Position numbers and translations under genes: made by a program. The notes beneath the pieces are model-generated. The model did not search any database, had not been told where the DNA came from, and saw only the letters and a list, made by a program, of their open reading frames with translations. A DNA stretch of 64,000 nt from Candidatus Latescibacterota bacterium (GTDB lineage Bacteria; Latescibacterota; UBA2968; SICM01): NCBI GenBank assembly GCA_965217865.1, contig CBDCJO010000002.1, forward strand, positions 5,024,001 to 5,088,000. The letters run 5' to 3'. Numbering within the stretch: position 1 is the first letter of the stretch; each line of letters starts with the position of its first letter. Below, in pieces: positions 9,607 to 19,651 of the stretch.

Positions 9607-10332
9607 CTATGGGGTACCGTTGGCCCCGATCTTCACAAAACCTTCGGCGAGTTTACAATCGGGAAGGCTTCCGATGATACGGGCTTCGATTCCCCGGAAG
9701 CGTGCACAGGCGTCATACATCCAGGGGAGGTCCGGCTGGGACTTGAGTTGTCGTAAGGCATCCATCTTACGGTCGAAGACTTTCTCTATGTCCACGTAGG
9801 TGTCCGGGAGAAATTGCGAAACAGGGGCCGTGCCCATGGTCGTCTCATAACAAAAAATGTCGGGTTTGGGGGTGGGGGAGTGTTCGGTCCGGATTCCGGG
9901 TGAGCCGGAATAGATACAGGCCCATAAAACGTTCTCCGCCGTGGTCACGTGGTCTGGATGTAAAATATCCTTTCGCCAATGCACCAGGACGACTTCCGGA
10001 CGGCGAAGCCGGATCGTGTCGATGATCCTCAATTTTCGGTCTTCGTCGATGATAATCGGGCTATCCCCAAAATCCAGACACTCGATCGTGGCACCCAGGG
10101 TGCCAGCTGCGTGTTCGATTTCGGATTTTCTGATCGCCTTCACTTCATCGAGGGGGATCGTTTTTCTCTCGGCGTAGATGGCGGGGGACTCACAGCGTTC
10201 ACCATACGTTAAATCGATGACGTGTACGCTCCCCCCGATATCGCTGTAGCGGGCGATTGCCCCCCCGGCACGGGAACAGAAATCGGCAGCGTGGGCGCTA
10301 AAGACGAGTACGCGTGCGTTGGGCGTGATCAT
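9607..10332 (-). CDS. PIG-L/LmbE family metalloenzyme, GalB (4-oxalomesaconate hydratase)-like
   Basis: SAHAADFCSRAGGAIA, TYGERCES and HPDH motifs. Confidence 0.75.
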   Translation of the reverse strand: MITPNARVLVFSAHAADFCSRAGGAIARYSDIGGSVHVIDLTYGERCESPAIYAERKTIPLDEVKAIRKSEIEHAAGTLGATIECLDFGDSPIIIDEDRKLRIIDTIRLRRPEVVLVHWRKDILHPDHVTTAENVLWACIYSGSPGIRTEHSPTPKPDIFCYETTMGTAPVSQFLPDTYVDIEKVFDRKMDALRQLKSQPDLPWMYDACARFRGIEARIIGSLPDCKLAEGFVKIGANGTP

Positions 10333-10811
10333 GCGGATTTCCCCTGAAGGAGTCTTTCATCGTTTTGAGGTACTTTCCCAGTATTCGTGTAACGACGGGT
10401 CTCCCGTTCCATTTCCCGCCAGGCGTCTTCGGTTTTGTGTTCGTAACCCGCAAGGTGCAGGATGCCGTGTATCGCCAGGTGCAGAACCTCTTTCTGCAGG
10501 GATCGCTTTCGTTTAATGGCCTGGCTTCGGGCCTGGGGCAGGGAGATGTAAATTTCCCCGAGGATACCTTCATCAGAAGGGCCGCGCAGATCGAAAGAAA
10601 GGACGTTTGTCGGCGCGTCGATCCCACGGTAAGACCGATTCAGGCGGAGCAACTCTTCGTCGCCGGTTAGAATCACGTTGACCCCTCCGCCTCGAAGGCC
10701 ATGCTGCAGCGCCGCCCTGTGCGCAATGCGGCGAAGTCCGTCCAGGTCGAGTCGGGGGGCCTTCGAACCCTCTTCGACGAGAAGGACCCTGAGGGTTAAC
10801 CGCTCAGACAC
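10329..10811 (-). CDS. ybeY: rRNA maturation endoribonuclease YbeY
   Basis: LNRSYRG.D.PTNVLSF, LGEIYIS, HGILHLAGYEH. Confidence 0.93.
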   Translation of the reverse strand: MSERLTLRVLLVEEGSKAPRLDLDGLRRIAHRAALQHGLRGGGVNVILTGDEELLRLNRSYRGIDAPTNVLSFDLRGPSDEGILGEIYISLPQARSQAIKRKRSLQKEVLHLAIHGILHLAGYEHKTEDAWREMERETRRYTNTGKVPQNDERLLQGKSA

Positions 10812-13086
10812 GGGGGGACTCCTTCTGGCGCTGCGAGGGATATGCCACCCGGGTGTGCATCATGCCTCTCAAAACCGGCAGGAATGCCTGTTCGATCTTG
10901 TGGAGGTCCCCAAGGGTCAGGGCACACTCGTTTAATTCCCCGGATGTAAACTTCCCTTCGATGATACTTCGAACCATTCCCTTAACCCGGCTGGGGGTCC
11001 GCTCCTTTAAGGACCGGACAGCGCTTTCGACCGAATCCGCAAGCATGATGATTCCCGCCTCCTTGGTCTGGGGCTTTGGACCCGGATACCGAAAATCTTC
11101 ATCGCGAATCTCTTCGCCACGCTCCAGAGCTCGATTTTTGAAATACGCGATCTCGCCTGTTCCCTGATGTTGGGGAATGATGTCGATGATGATCTTCGGC
11201 AGCCCCTCTTGCTCGGCCATCCGTATACCTTCTCGTACGTGTGAGATGAGGACCAGGGCGCTCATCCTCGGCTGGAGCTCATCGTGGGGATTTTCCCCAG
11301 ATTGGTTCTCGACGAAGTATTGTGGCCTCACCATCTTTCCGATGTCGTGATAGTAACAGCCGACCCGCGCAAGCAGGGCGTTGGCGTCGATCGCCTCCGC
11401 TGCCGTTTCAGACAGGTTCGCGACGATGACGCTGTGGGAGTAACTCCCGGGGGCCCGTGTGGCCAGGTTACGGAGAAGGGGCCGGTTCAGGTCGGACAGC
11501 TCAAGCAGGGTGATGGGGGTCACGATGCCGAACAGGTTCTCGAACATCGGAGAGAGGCCGAGGGTCAGGACCGGTGTGAGGATTCCCATCACGAGTCCGG
11601 GGATCAAATCCCGGGCAAGCGGGCCGAAAATGTCGGATGAACTGGAGTAGGTGAACCAGATGCCTTTGATAACCAGAATGACCAAGACGTATGATATGGT
11701 GAGGTAGATGATAGAGTAGTTGAAGTGCTGACGATTTCTTACCCGTCTGACCGAGTAACATCCAACCATGCCGCAGAGGGATGAGACGATCGTCGCGTGA
11801 AGGTCGTTCAAAGCAACCCCGCACAAAATAGCCGACATGACCGCCACAGTGATGCCCAATTCGATGTCGAGAAGGAGGGCCACCAGCATGGCGGATAGGG
11901 CGACCGGGACATACAGGGACGACACGTCGGCTGTCCCCGACAGGTAGGATGCGACCAGGGTGGGAATTATAAGAAGGATGCCGAAGAGGACCAGAATCTC
12001 GGTGCGACGGTAGAGTTCGTTTCGGAATGCGTAGAGGTATAGGAGGATCAGGCCAAGGACGAGTGAGGAGAGCAAAAAAGAGGCAAGGATCTGAAGATAT
12101 CCGGCATAGGGGGATTCACGGTGCCTAAGATATTTTGCTTCTGAAAGAGACCTGAGGATGTCTACGTGTTCAGAGGTCACCCTTTCGTGGGCATCGATGA
12201 TTTTCTGGTTTTCGAGAACGACATTTCGATTTTGAGAAACGGACTGGGCTGCGACTTCCCGACGGCGTTCGGTTTCGGCGGAATCGAATGTCAGGTTGGG
12301 AGAGATGAAGGCCTGAATCAGTTCATATAATGCCCGGGCAAGGGCAGGATGCGCCTCCGCCCAGCGTTCCTGGATCAGGTCCGGCAACACCTTATCTGAG
12401 ATTTCACCTGTGTCGTAGAAATGGCTCGAGGAGGCCAGGTTTTCTTCCTCATCCTTCCGCATCGTCACCCAGGTTGCCTTTTTCCCTTCGAAGGCCTGCT
12501 TGTCCGAAACGATTCCGCCGGTATACAAGTCGGTAAGAATTCTATAAGCCAGATTCTTAATTTCCTTTAACTGTTCTTCCGAAATGTATCCCTGCCCTTC
12601 GATGGGATCCGCTCCGATTAGAATGCGGAATGCGGGATCAGATATGGCCCGAAGGTTTCCTTCCCGGTTGAACCCGTCTCCAAGAAGAGAGTCCGCTAAG
12701 GAACTCCCCGAACGGCCAAGGAGGTCTTTGAACAGCGTGTCGAGGGAATCGACCTGTGCTCCACCCACCGCGGAGCTGAAGACAAGAAGAGGGGGGATGC
12801 GCCTGCGGGCGTTGGCCTGTTCCCGCTCGAAAACCGATGGACTTTTTTTGACCCAAAAAGTGAATGGGGTGACGATCCGTTCCCGGGCGACGGTACCCTC
12901 TCGCAGGTCACCGAATTCAGTTGCTTTTCGATGTCCCATCAGATAGGTCAGGACACACACAGTCGCCGCAACAACGCCCCACCGCAGGACTTGGGCAGGG
13001 CGGAAGATCTGAGAAGGCCCTTTGCCGACCCCTTTTGGCAGCCCCTTTTTTACTTGCTTTCTAAGGGCGAGAAATTTTGAAGGCAT
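10804..13086 (-). CDS. pgpH: 7TM-HD (HDIG) phosphohydrolase, PgpH-type cyclic-di-AMP phosphodiesterase
   Basis: Extracellular domain, 7 TM, LLELSDLN.PLL, APGSYSHS, YYHDIGK, FRYPGPKP, MLADSVE; lies between phoH and ybeY. Confidence 0.85.
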   Translation of the reverse strand: MPSKFLALRKQVKKGLPKGVGKGPSQIFRPAQVLRWGVVAATVCVLTYLMGHRKATEFGDLREGTVARERIVTPFTFWVKKSPSVFEREQANARRRIPPLLVFSSAVGGAQVDSLDTLFKDLLGRSGSSLADSLLGDGFNREGNLRAISDPAFRILIGADPIEGQGYISEEQLKEIKNLAYRILTDLYTGGIVSDKQAFEGKKATWVTMRKDEEENLASSSHFYDTGEISDKVLPDLIQERWAEAHPALARALYELIQAFISPNLTFDSAETERRREVAAQSVSQNRNVVLENQKIIDAHERVTSEHVDILRSLSEAKYLRHRESPYAGYLQILASFLLSSLVLGLILLYLYAFRNELYRRTEILVLFGILLIIPTLVASYLSGTADVSSLYVPVALSAMLVALLLDIELGITVAVMSAILCGVALNDLHATIVSSLCGMVGCYSVRRVRNRQHFNYSIIYLTISYVLVILVIKGIWFTYSSSSDIFGPLARDLIPGLVMGILTPVLTLGLSPMFENLFGIVTPITLLELSDLNRPLLRNLATRAPGSYSHSVIVANLSETAAEAIDANALLARVGCYYHDIGKMVRPQYFVENQSGENPHDELQPRMSALVLISHVREGIRMAEQEGLPKIIIDIIPQHQGTGEIAYFKNRALERGEEIRDEDFRYPGPKPQTKEAGIIMLADSVESAVRSLKERTPSRVKGMVRSIIEGKFTSGELNECALTLGDLHKIEQAFLPVLRGMMHTRVAYPSQRQKESPRV

Positions 13087-13125
13087 GTCATCCCCCCCAG
13101 ACCCCCGGAAGGTAAAACATCCAAC

Positions 13126-14106
13126 TCACATTTCACTTTCCGCAGCGTTAATTCCAATCTCTTTTTCATAGATCTCGTAAGCCTTGATGATCTGGCGAAC
13201 GAGTGGATGTCTCACCACATCCCGATCCGTCAAGTAGACGAATTCGATATCCTCGACCTGTCCCAGGATGGTCTGGATCTGAACGAGGCCGGATTGACTG
13301 GAAGACGGGAGATCGACCTGAGTGATGTCACCGGTGATGATGGCCTTTGCGTTTACGCCGAGGCGAGTCAGGAACATTTTCATCTGTCGAATACTCGTAT
13401 TCTGTGCCTCGTCCAGGATCACATATGCGTTGTTCAGGGTGCGTCCACGCATAAAGGCCAGGGGGACGATCTCCAGTGTACGTGAATCGGTGAGCTGGCG
13501 CATTCGGTCTTGAGGAACCATGTCCTGGAGCGCATCGTACAGCGGCCGGAGATACGGGTCGACTTTCTCCTGGATGTCGCCGGGGAGATATCCCAGGCTC
13601 TCCCCGGCTTCCACGGCCGGTCTGGTGAGTACAATATGATCGATCTCCCGACGTTTCAAGGCGGCCACCGCTGCCCCAACGGCCAGGTAGGTCTTGCCGG
13701 TACCCGCTGGTCCGATGCAAAATACGATATCCCGACTCTCCATGGCGGTCACATATCGGCCTTGGCCGGGCGAACGAGGTCGAATGGAGCCCTTTCGGGT
13801 GTTCAACAATACCTTTGCAGAATGCGGGGACTCGCCCATCTCCTTGAGGACGTCCTGCCCGGACCGGAGGAGATAACTCAGGTCGATCTCAACTCCGCCC
13901 CGGAGATGAGATACGACGTCGATGAGCACCTCACAAGCTTTTTCGACGTGGCCGGGCTCTCCTTCCACGAGGATGGATTCCCCCCGCGCTACAAGGTCGA
14001 CGCCGTATCGTTTCTCAAAGGCGATGAGATTGGCATCGTTGTGTCCATAAAGATGGAGTGGGTCGATCCCGTCGATCTCCACCCTTTGCGATATGCGTTG
14101 ACCCAA
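13126..14106 (-). CDS. phoH: PhoH family ATPase
   Basis: GPAGTGKTYLA, RPAVEAGE.LG.LPGD, FMRGRTL, LDEAQN, DVVRHPLV. Confidence 0.93.
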   Translation of the reverse strand: MGQRISQRVEIDGIDPLHLYGHNDANLIAFEKRYGVDLVARGESILVEGEPGHVEKACEVLIDVVSHLRGGVEIDLSYLLRSGQDVLKEMGESPHSAKVLLNTRKGSIRPRSPGQGRYVTAMESRDIVFCIGPAGTGKTYLAVGAAVAALKRREIDHIVLTRPAVEAGESLGYLPGDIQEKVDPYLRPLYDALQDMVPQDRMRQLTDSRTLEIVPLAFMRGRTLNNAYVILDEAQNTSIRQMKMFLTRLGVNAKAIITGDITQVDLPSSSQSGLVQIQTILGQVEDIEFVYLTDRDVVRHPLVRQIIKAYEIYEKEIGINAAESEM

Positions 14107-14174
14107 GCCTTGTGTCTTACTCCTTCCTGAATATCCCGCCCCCGCCGTTCTCCGAGCTTTCGGATCCTGTGCGT

Positions 14175-14217
14175 AAAAGAAAAAGCCCCCTTCCTCAAAG
14201 ATGAGAGGCCGAGAGCT
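14175..14217 (-). terminator. Intrinsic terminator or attenuator upstream of phoH
   Basis: Minus strand AGCTCTC-GG-CCTC-loop-GAGG-AA-GGGGGCT followed by TTTTCTTTT. Confidence 0.6.
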
Positions 14218-14299
14218 ATCCTATCTTTCAAAAATCAACGATTTTTCATCATTTCGGTGGCCCCTGGGTCATAGAAACGGGCTTATTAAACACAGTGTT

Positions 14300-14328
14300 A
14301 TACTAACATATCCCTCAGAAGGTGTCAA
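14300..14328 (-). promoter_or_regulatory. sigma70-type promoter between aspS and phoH
   Basis: TTGACA-N17-TAGTAT with extended -10 TG. Confidence 0.65.
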
Positions 14329-14352
14329 GGGGAAAAACGACCCGAAAGCGAC

Positions 14353-16128
14353 CTAAAGGATCTTCAATCCCAACTCCTGGAGCTGAGCGGGATCCACCCC
14401 GGAGGGTGCGTCGTCCATCAGGGAGACGGCGTTGTTCGTCTTCGGAAAGGCGATCACCTCCCTGATGGAACGCACACCCGCCAACAAGGAGACCATTCGG
14501 TCAAATCCGAAGGCAATCCCTCCGTGTGGAGGTGCTCCATATTCGAAGGCCTCAAGCAAGAACCCGAATTTCCGCTCCGCTTCATCGTGGGATATGCCGA
14601 GCAGATTGAACATTCTGTTCTGAACGTCCCGCCGGTATATCCGGATGCTTCCTCCCGCGATTTCGTTTCCGTTGAGGACCAGGTCGTAGGCGCGAGCTCG
14701 AACAGACGAAGGGTCGGACTCCATCTTCTCAAGGTCCTCTTCAACGGGAGCGGTGAAGGGATGGTGACAGGCCACATATCGTTTCTCCGTAGGGTTATAC
14801 TCGACCAGGGGAAATCGAACAACCCACAACGGGTTCCACACACGACCATCCAAGAGGCCTAAATCCCTCCCCAACCGGAGTCGGAGGTCGCAGAGCGTCG
14901 ACGCAACGAGAGCGGGTTTATCGGCCACGAAGAGGAGGAGGTCGCCGGGTTGGGCATTCATGCGCTCCGCCAGGCTCGTCTTGACAGCGGTTGGAAAGAA
15001 CTTGACGATTGACGATTCCAGACCCTTTTCGGTGACCTTAATCCAGGCCAGGCCCTTTGCCCCCAAATTGGTGGAGAAGGCAACCAGATCGTCGATCTGT
15101 TTGCGTGAGAGAGAGGCCTGACCCGTTGCGTTGATCCCTTTGACCCGTCCCCCTTCCTCTACGGCGTTCTTGAAAACCTGGAATTCGCTTTCGGAGGCCA
15201 GGTCGCTGATGTCTACGATCTCCAAACCGAATCGTGTGTCAGGTTTATCGGTACCGTAACGGTCGATGGCCTCCTGATACGTCATGCGCGGGAAAGGGAG
15301 GGAGGGTTGGTATCCGATCGTTTCCTTGAAAATGTGGGCTGTGAGTCCCTCCGCCATGCCAAGGACATCATCCTCTTCGACAAAGGACATCTCGATGTCG
15401 ATCTGAGTAAATTCCGGCTGACGATCCGAACGGAGATCCTCGTCTCGGAAACATTTGACGATCTGGAAATATTTCTCTAAACCCGCGACCATAAGGAGTT
15501 GCTTGTAAGTCTGAGGGGATTGTGGGAGTGCGTAAAAGTTACCCGGGCTTACCCGGCTTGGGACCAGATAGTCCCTGGCCCCTTCGGGTGTGCTCTTCAT
15601 CAGGAAAGGGGTTTCCACCTCGATGAATCCCTGTTGGTACAGGTGGCTCCGGGTTGCCTGATAGGCCCGATGGCGCAACCGGAGGTTCGCGAGCATGGAA
15701 GGCGTTCGGAGGTCCAGATAACGGTATTTGAGACGAAGTTCTTCGCTCGTCTCCTCGGCGGAATCGATTTGAAAAGGGGGTGTCTTGGCCTCATTCAGAA
15801 TTCTGAGATCTTGACAAAGCACGTCGATCGTGCCGGTGCTTAGTTTCAGGTTCTCCATTCCCGGAGGCCTCATTTCCACCAGGCCGCTCACTGCGATCAC
15901 ATATTCGGATCGGATGGATTCCGCCTTTTGATGCATTTCGGTGTTAACGTCGGGCTTGAAGACAACCTGCGTTTTTCCCTCGCGATCCCGGAGGTCGACA
16001 AAGATGACCCCACCGTGGTCCCGTCTTTTTGACACCCAACCCATCAAGGTGACGGATTTTCCCAAGTCCTCCTCACGAAGTTCCCCGCAATTGACAGTTC
16101 GTTTCCATCCGGACATCGGTTCAGGCAT
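14353..16128 (-). CDS. aspS: Aspartate--tRNA ligase, probably non-discriminating
   Basis: RRDHGGVIFVDLRD, EGARDYLVPSR, LPQSPQ, FRDEDLR.DRQPEFTQ, PPHGG.AFG.DR. The His in RRDHGG and Gly in RPPG fit the ND type. Alternative start at 16143. Confidence 0.95.
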   Translation of the reverse strand: MPEPMSGWKRTVNCGELREEDLGKSVTLMGWVSKRRDHGGVIFVDLRDREGKTQVVFKPDVNTEMHQKAESIRSEYVIAVSGLVEMRPPGMENLKLSTGTIDVLCQDLRILNEAKTPPFQIDSAEETSEELRLKYRYLDLRTPSMLANLRLRHRAYQATRSHLYQQGFIEVETPFLMKSTPEGARDYLVPSRVSPGNFYALPQSPQTYKQLLMVAGLEKYFQIVKCFRDEDLRSDRQPEFTQIDIEMSFVEEDDVLGMAEGLTAHIFKETIGYQPSLPFPRMTYQEAIDRYGTDKPDTRFGLEIVDISDLASESEFQVFKNAVEEGGRVKGINATGQASLSRKQIDDLVAFSTNLGAKGLAWIKVTEKGLESSIVKFFPTAVKTSLAERMNAQPGDLLLFVADKPALVASTLCDLRLRLGRDLGLLDGRVWNPLWVVRFPLVEYNPTEKRYVACHHPFTAPVEEDLEKMESDPSSVRARAYDLVLNGNEIAGGSIRIYRRDVQNRMFNLLGISHDEAERKFGFLLEAFEYGAPPHGGIAFGFDRMVSLLAGVRSIREVIAFPKTNNAVSLMDDAPSGVDPAQLQELGLKIL

Positions 16129-16139
16129 AGTCGTTTCCT

Positions 16140-17429
16140 TCATCCTTGATTCAGGATAAAACCAACCCATTTTTCCGTGGAGACATTCTCCTGCTTCCCC
16201 GTTTCCATGTCTTTGACGACGACTTCTCCCCGGTTTAATTCCTCATCGCCGATGATGACCACCCGGCGGGCGGAGGACGTGTTTGCCGCGCGCATCTGTG
16301 CCTTGAGGCTTCTGTCCCCGTATAGCGATGCCACGGATATCCCCCTCCTGCGAAGGTCGGCTCCAAGACCGATCGTACTTGCGCGGGCCGCTTCCCCCAA
16401 GGCCACAATAAAGACATCGGGCCCCGATTCGGAGTCCCCCCCGATCCCTTGTTCCCTCAAGGTGAGGATCGCACGTTCAATGCCGATGCCGAAACCGATC
16501 GCCGGGGTGGGAGGCCCGCCGAGTTCCTCGATAAGGCCATCGTAGCGGCCGCCGCCACCGACGGCGTTTTGCGCGCCGATCCCCTCGGTCCAGAGCTCGA
16601 AAATTGTCTTTGTGTAATAATCGAACCCCCGAACGAGCCGTGGATTGGGGGAAAAATCGATTCCAAGCGACTTCAAATGACCCTTCAAACCTGTAAAGTG
16701 AGTCGCACAATCGGTGCAAAGCCAACCTTCTATCGCAGGCGCATCCGCGATGACGGGCTGGCAGCCGGGCTTCTTGCAATCGAAAAGACGCAGAGGGTTT
16801 ATTTCGAGGCGTCGTTTACAATCGTCGCAAATTTCACCCACACGGCTGCGGTAATAAGCCGACACCTCTTTCAGATAATCCGATCGACATTTCGGACATC
16901 CGATGCTGTTGACCTGAAGGGAGAGTCCTGAAATTCCCAAACGGCGGTAAAAATCGAGGGCGAGGGAGATGATCTCGGCATCCAGGGTTGGATCGATCTC
17001 TCCGAAGGCTTCCACCCCGAACTGGTGGTGTTGCCGATAGCGGCCTGCCTGAGGCCTTTCATAGCGGAAGTTTGGGGCAACGTAGTAGAGTTTTACGGGT
17101 TGGGGGAGGGTCCGCATCCCGTGTTGCAGGTAGGCCCGAGCGATCGGTGCCGTACCCTCCGGTTTGAGCGTGAGACTCGAGTTGCCTTTATCCAGGAAGG
17201 TGTACATCTCCTTTTCGACGATGTCGGTTCCCTCCCCAACACCCCGCACAAAGAGGCTTGTCTCTTCGAACATCGGTGTAACGATCCGACGATAGGCGTA
17301 AAGGTGACCAAGATCGGTGATGACGGCGTTGATTTTCGCCCAAAAGGCCCACTCATCGGGCAGGATGTCCCGGGTGCCGCGGGGGGTCTGAAATTTCGTG
17401 AATTTCTCCTCATTAAGGGAGGCCGTCAA
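16140..17429 (-). CDS. hisS: Histidine--tRNA ligase
   Basis: PRGTRD, KEMYTF, PEGTA, FRYERPQAGRYRQHHQ, LVRGFDYY, GGGRYD. Confidence 0.97.
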   Translation of the reverse strand: MTASLNEEKFTKFQTPRGTRDILPDEWAFWAKINAVITDLGHLYAYRRIVTPMFEETSLFVRGVGEGTDIVEKEMYTFLDKGNSSLTLKPEGTAPIARAYLQHGMRTLPQPVKLYYVAPNFRYERPQAGRYRQHHQFGVEAFGEIDPTLDAEIISLALDFYRRLGISGLSLQVNSIGCPKCRSDYLKEVSAYYRSRVGEICDDCKRRLEINPLRLFDCKKPGCQPVIADAPAIEGWLCTDCATHFTGLKGHLKSLGIDFSPNPRLVRGFDYYTKTIFELWTEGIGAQNAVGGGGRYDGLIEELGGPPTPAIGFGIGIERAILTLREQGIGGDSESGPDVFIVALGEAARASTIGLGADLRRRGISVASLYGDRSLKAQMRAANTSSARRVVIIGDEELNRGEVVVKDMETGKQENVSTEKWVGFILNQG

Positions 17430-17598
17430 GTTCTTCAGAACTCAAAATGTCCCTAAGTAATGGACTTACCATAAAATACGATAGTGAGGCTGATCAATCA
17501 ATATAAAAAATCTATCGCGAATGAGCCCGTGCGGGTTGGAGCGCTCTAAAAAGGTCAACCGCAAAAGTCGGATCCCGAGTCTTTGGCTCAGGTTTTTT

Positions 17599-17614
17599 TG
17601 GCATCAGGTTTGCA
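17599..17614 (+). promoter_or_regulatory. Putative sigma54 (-24/-12) promoter
   Basis: TGGCATCAGGTTTGCA matches TGGCAC-N5-TTGCW with exact GG-N10-GC spacing. Confidence 0.6.
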
Positions 17615-17729
17615 AATTATTAACCCCCGAGGATGCGCAGGATTACAAGAACCCGTCCCCACAAACGAATTGTATAGACCACCGATTTCTTAGATGGCCA
17701 AATCTTTCAAACCCGGAAAGCGTTCTGAA

Positions 17730-19580
17730 ATGAATTTTCAACTTTCTACGCTGATCATCCTGCTGGCGGGGTTCTTGACAACGGCTCACGGGGAGGACGC
17801 TCTCGATCGATCCGTGGATGATGAAGAAAGACTATCCGAGGATATGGTTGCAGACTTGGAAGAACCATTTTTGGACTTGAATCGGGCTTCTGCCGTTGAA
17901 CTAGCGTCCCTTTCGGCCCTTTCATATTCGGATGCCGAAAAGATTGTGGCCTTTCGCGGCTCCCGGGGCCCCTTCCGAAACCCCCACGACCTTTTTTCTG
18001 TTGAAGGAATTCCGGAGTCCGTGGTTGAGGCCATCATACCCATGGTTACCGCGGGCACCCGATATCCGGTCGCATTGAACTCCCGGGCCCGGTTTATCCG
18101 GCGATCCGCGCCCACCCGAGGCGAATCGATTTTTATAGGGGCCAGCCTGCATACCCGAACCTCCTATTCGATCGGAGAAGTGGCGACGGTCTCCTTTACA
18201 ACTGACAAAGATCCGGGCGAGGGGAGTCCTCTAGAATTTACGGCAGGCTTTGTGGAAGTCCAATCGGAGGACTCCGGATGGCGTCTGATTTTAGGGGATT
18301 TTCGGCCCGGTTTCGCTCAGGGGTTGGTGTTCAGCCGATGGGGACGGGTGTACATGGGGATGGATCAGGTGGTACGCGTTTCCAGCCGACGTGTCGGTTA
18401 CCTGTCGACAGATGAGAACGGCGCCCTGAGGGGGGCCTATCTATCCGGGTTGAAGAATGGGTGGAGAATCTCCGGGTTCGGTTCGTCGTCGCGGTATGAT
18501 GCGACAAGGGATACCTCCGGCCTCGTGAACCGGCTTTCCGAGAGCGGAAGACACGTGACCCCGGGGGAGAAGCGGGGTGTGGACGCCCTGCACGAGGCAG
18601 CGTGGGGTTTGAGGGTTGAGCGGGGCCGTCGTGGAGGGGTGGGGATGGGAACCACGGTTCTGAACGCCAGGTTCAACCCTCCTTTTAATGGAAAGAGTCG
18701 GGCCCAAAATCCTCTGGGGTCGGCGACGATCATCGGCGTGGACGGCCATCTCTCCTTCGAAGGATTCCAGGTTGGGGGAGAAGCGGCGCAAGTCGTCTCA
18801 GGGACTCAGGCCTGGGTGGTCGGGGCCATCTACAAGCGCCGTGGGATGAAACTGGGGATCCAAGCCCGGGACTATGATGGGGGATTCCGATCGATCCACG
18901 GGGCCGGGACATCGACATTCGGGGACATCCAAAACGAGCGGGGTTTTGTTTCCGGTGTAAGGCTAAAGGCGCCCGGGATCAAAACTTTCGACCTGATGTT
19001 TGATCGTGCCTGGAGGCCGAACCCCACGGAAAGGTTTCCTGCCGGCTCGCGCAGATCGACGCTTACCTTTCGTGTGGAACAGATCCCCCTTCGAGGTTGG
19101 TTAACCGAATGGAAGGTTCGAGGAAAGTGGGACAAGCGATGGAAAGGGAAACGAATCGGACTGATGAATCATCGGGGGATTAACTTGCGGATCAACCTGA
19201 CGAAGAAATTTCGATCGAATTTCCGGGTAAAGACGAGGGGGGAAATCGTGCGAGCGAGGGTCGGGCCCCAACAGGCGTCAGGGATGGCGTTTTTCGGGGA
19301 TGTCGGCTTCGGCTGGCACGCCTTGAAGGCAAGAGGACGTCTCACCTATTTCGAGGCTCCGTCGTACGAAACACGGATCTTCGAGTGGGAAGACGGCCCC
19401 ACCGGGTTGATGGGAACCCGGACCTTGACGGGGAGAGGATTGAAAGGGTATATCCTGCTTTCCAAACCATTCGGTGGGAGCAAGGCGACAATAAGACTGT
19501 GGCGGTGGCACGCGTTCGATGGGCGTGAGCCGAAGACAGAAATCGTCGCACAATGGGACTGCAGCCTGAAGGGGCTTTGA
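17730..19580 (+). CDS. Exported ComEA-type helix-hairpin-helix protein with a predicted C-terminal beta-barrel
   Basis: Signal peptide MNFQLSTLIILLAGFLTTAHG; LDLNRASAVELASL...AEKIVAFR...GPF...DL..VEGI; then amphipathic strands with DKDPGE, LGDF..GFAQGLV, NERG. Confidence 0.75.
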   Translation: MNFQLSTLIILLAGFLTTAHGEDALDRSVDDEERLSEDMVADLEEPFLDLNRASAVELASLSALSYSDAEKIVAFRGSRGPFRNPHDLFSVEGIPESVVEAIIPMVTAGTRYPVALNSRARFIRRSAPTRGESIFIGASLHTRTSYSIGEVATVSFTTDKDPGEGSPLEFTAGFVEVQSEDSGWRLILGDFRPGFAQGLVFSRWGRVYMGMDQVVRVSSRRVGYLSTDENGALRGAYLSGLKNGWRISGFGSSSRYDATRDTSGLVNRLSESGRHVTPGEKRGVDALHEAAWGLRVERGRRGGVGMGTTVLNARFNPPFNGKSRAQNPLGSATIIGVDGHLSFEGFQVGGEAAQVVSGTQAWVVGAIYKRRGMKLGIQARDYDGGFRSIHGAGTSTFGDIQNERGFVSGVRLKAPGIKTFDLMFDRAWRPNPTERFPAGSRRSTLTFRVEQIPLRGWLTEWKVRGKWDKRWKGKRIGLMNHRGINLRINLTKKFRSNFRVKTRGEIVRARVGPQQASGMAFFGDVGFGWHALKARGRLTYFEAPSYETRIFEWEDGPTGLMGTRTLTGRGLKGYILLSKPFGGSKATIRLWRWHAFDGREPKTEIVAQWDCSLKGL

Positions 19581-19651
19581 CTGAAAAGAGGGGAAGATTT
19601 TGATGAAACCCAAAGTCCAAATCATAACCAGATGGTTTTCCCAAACGAAAG

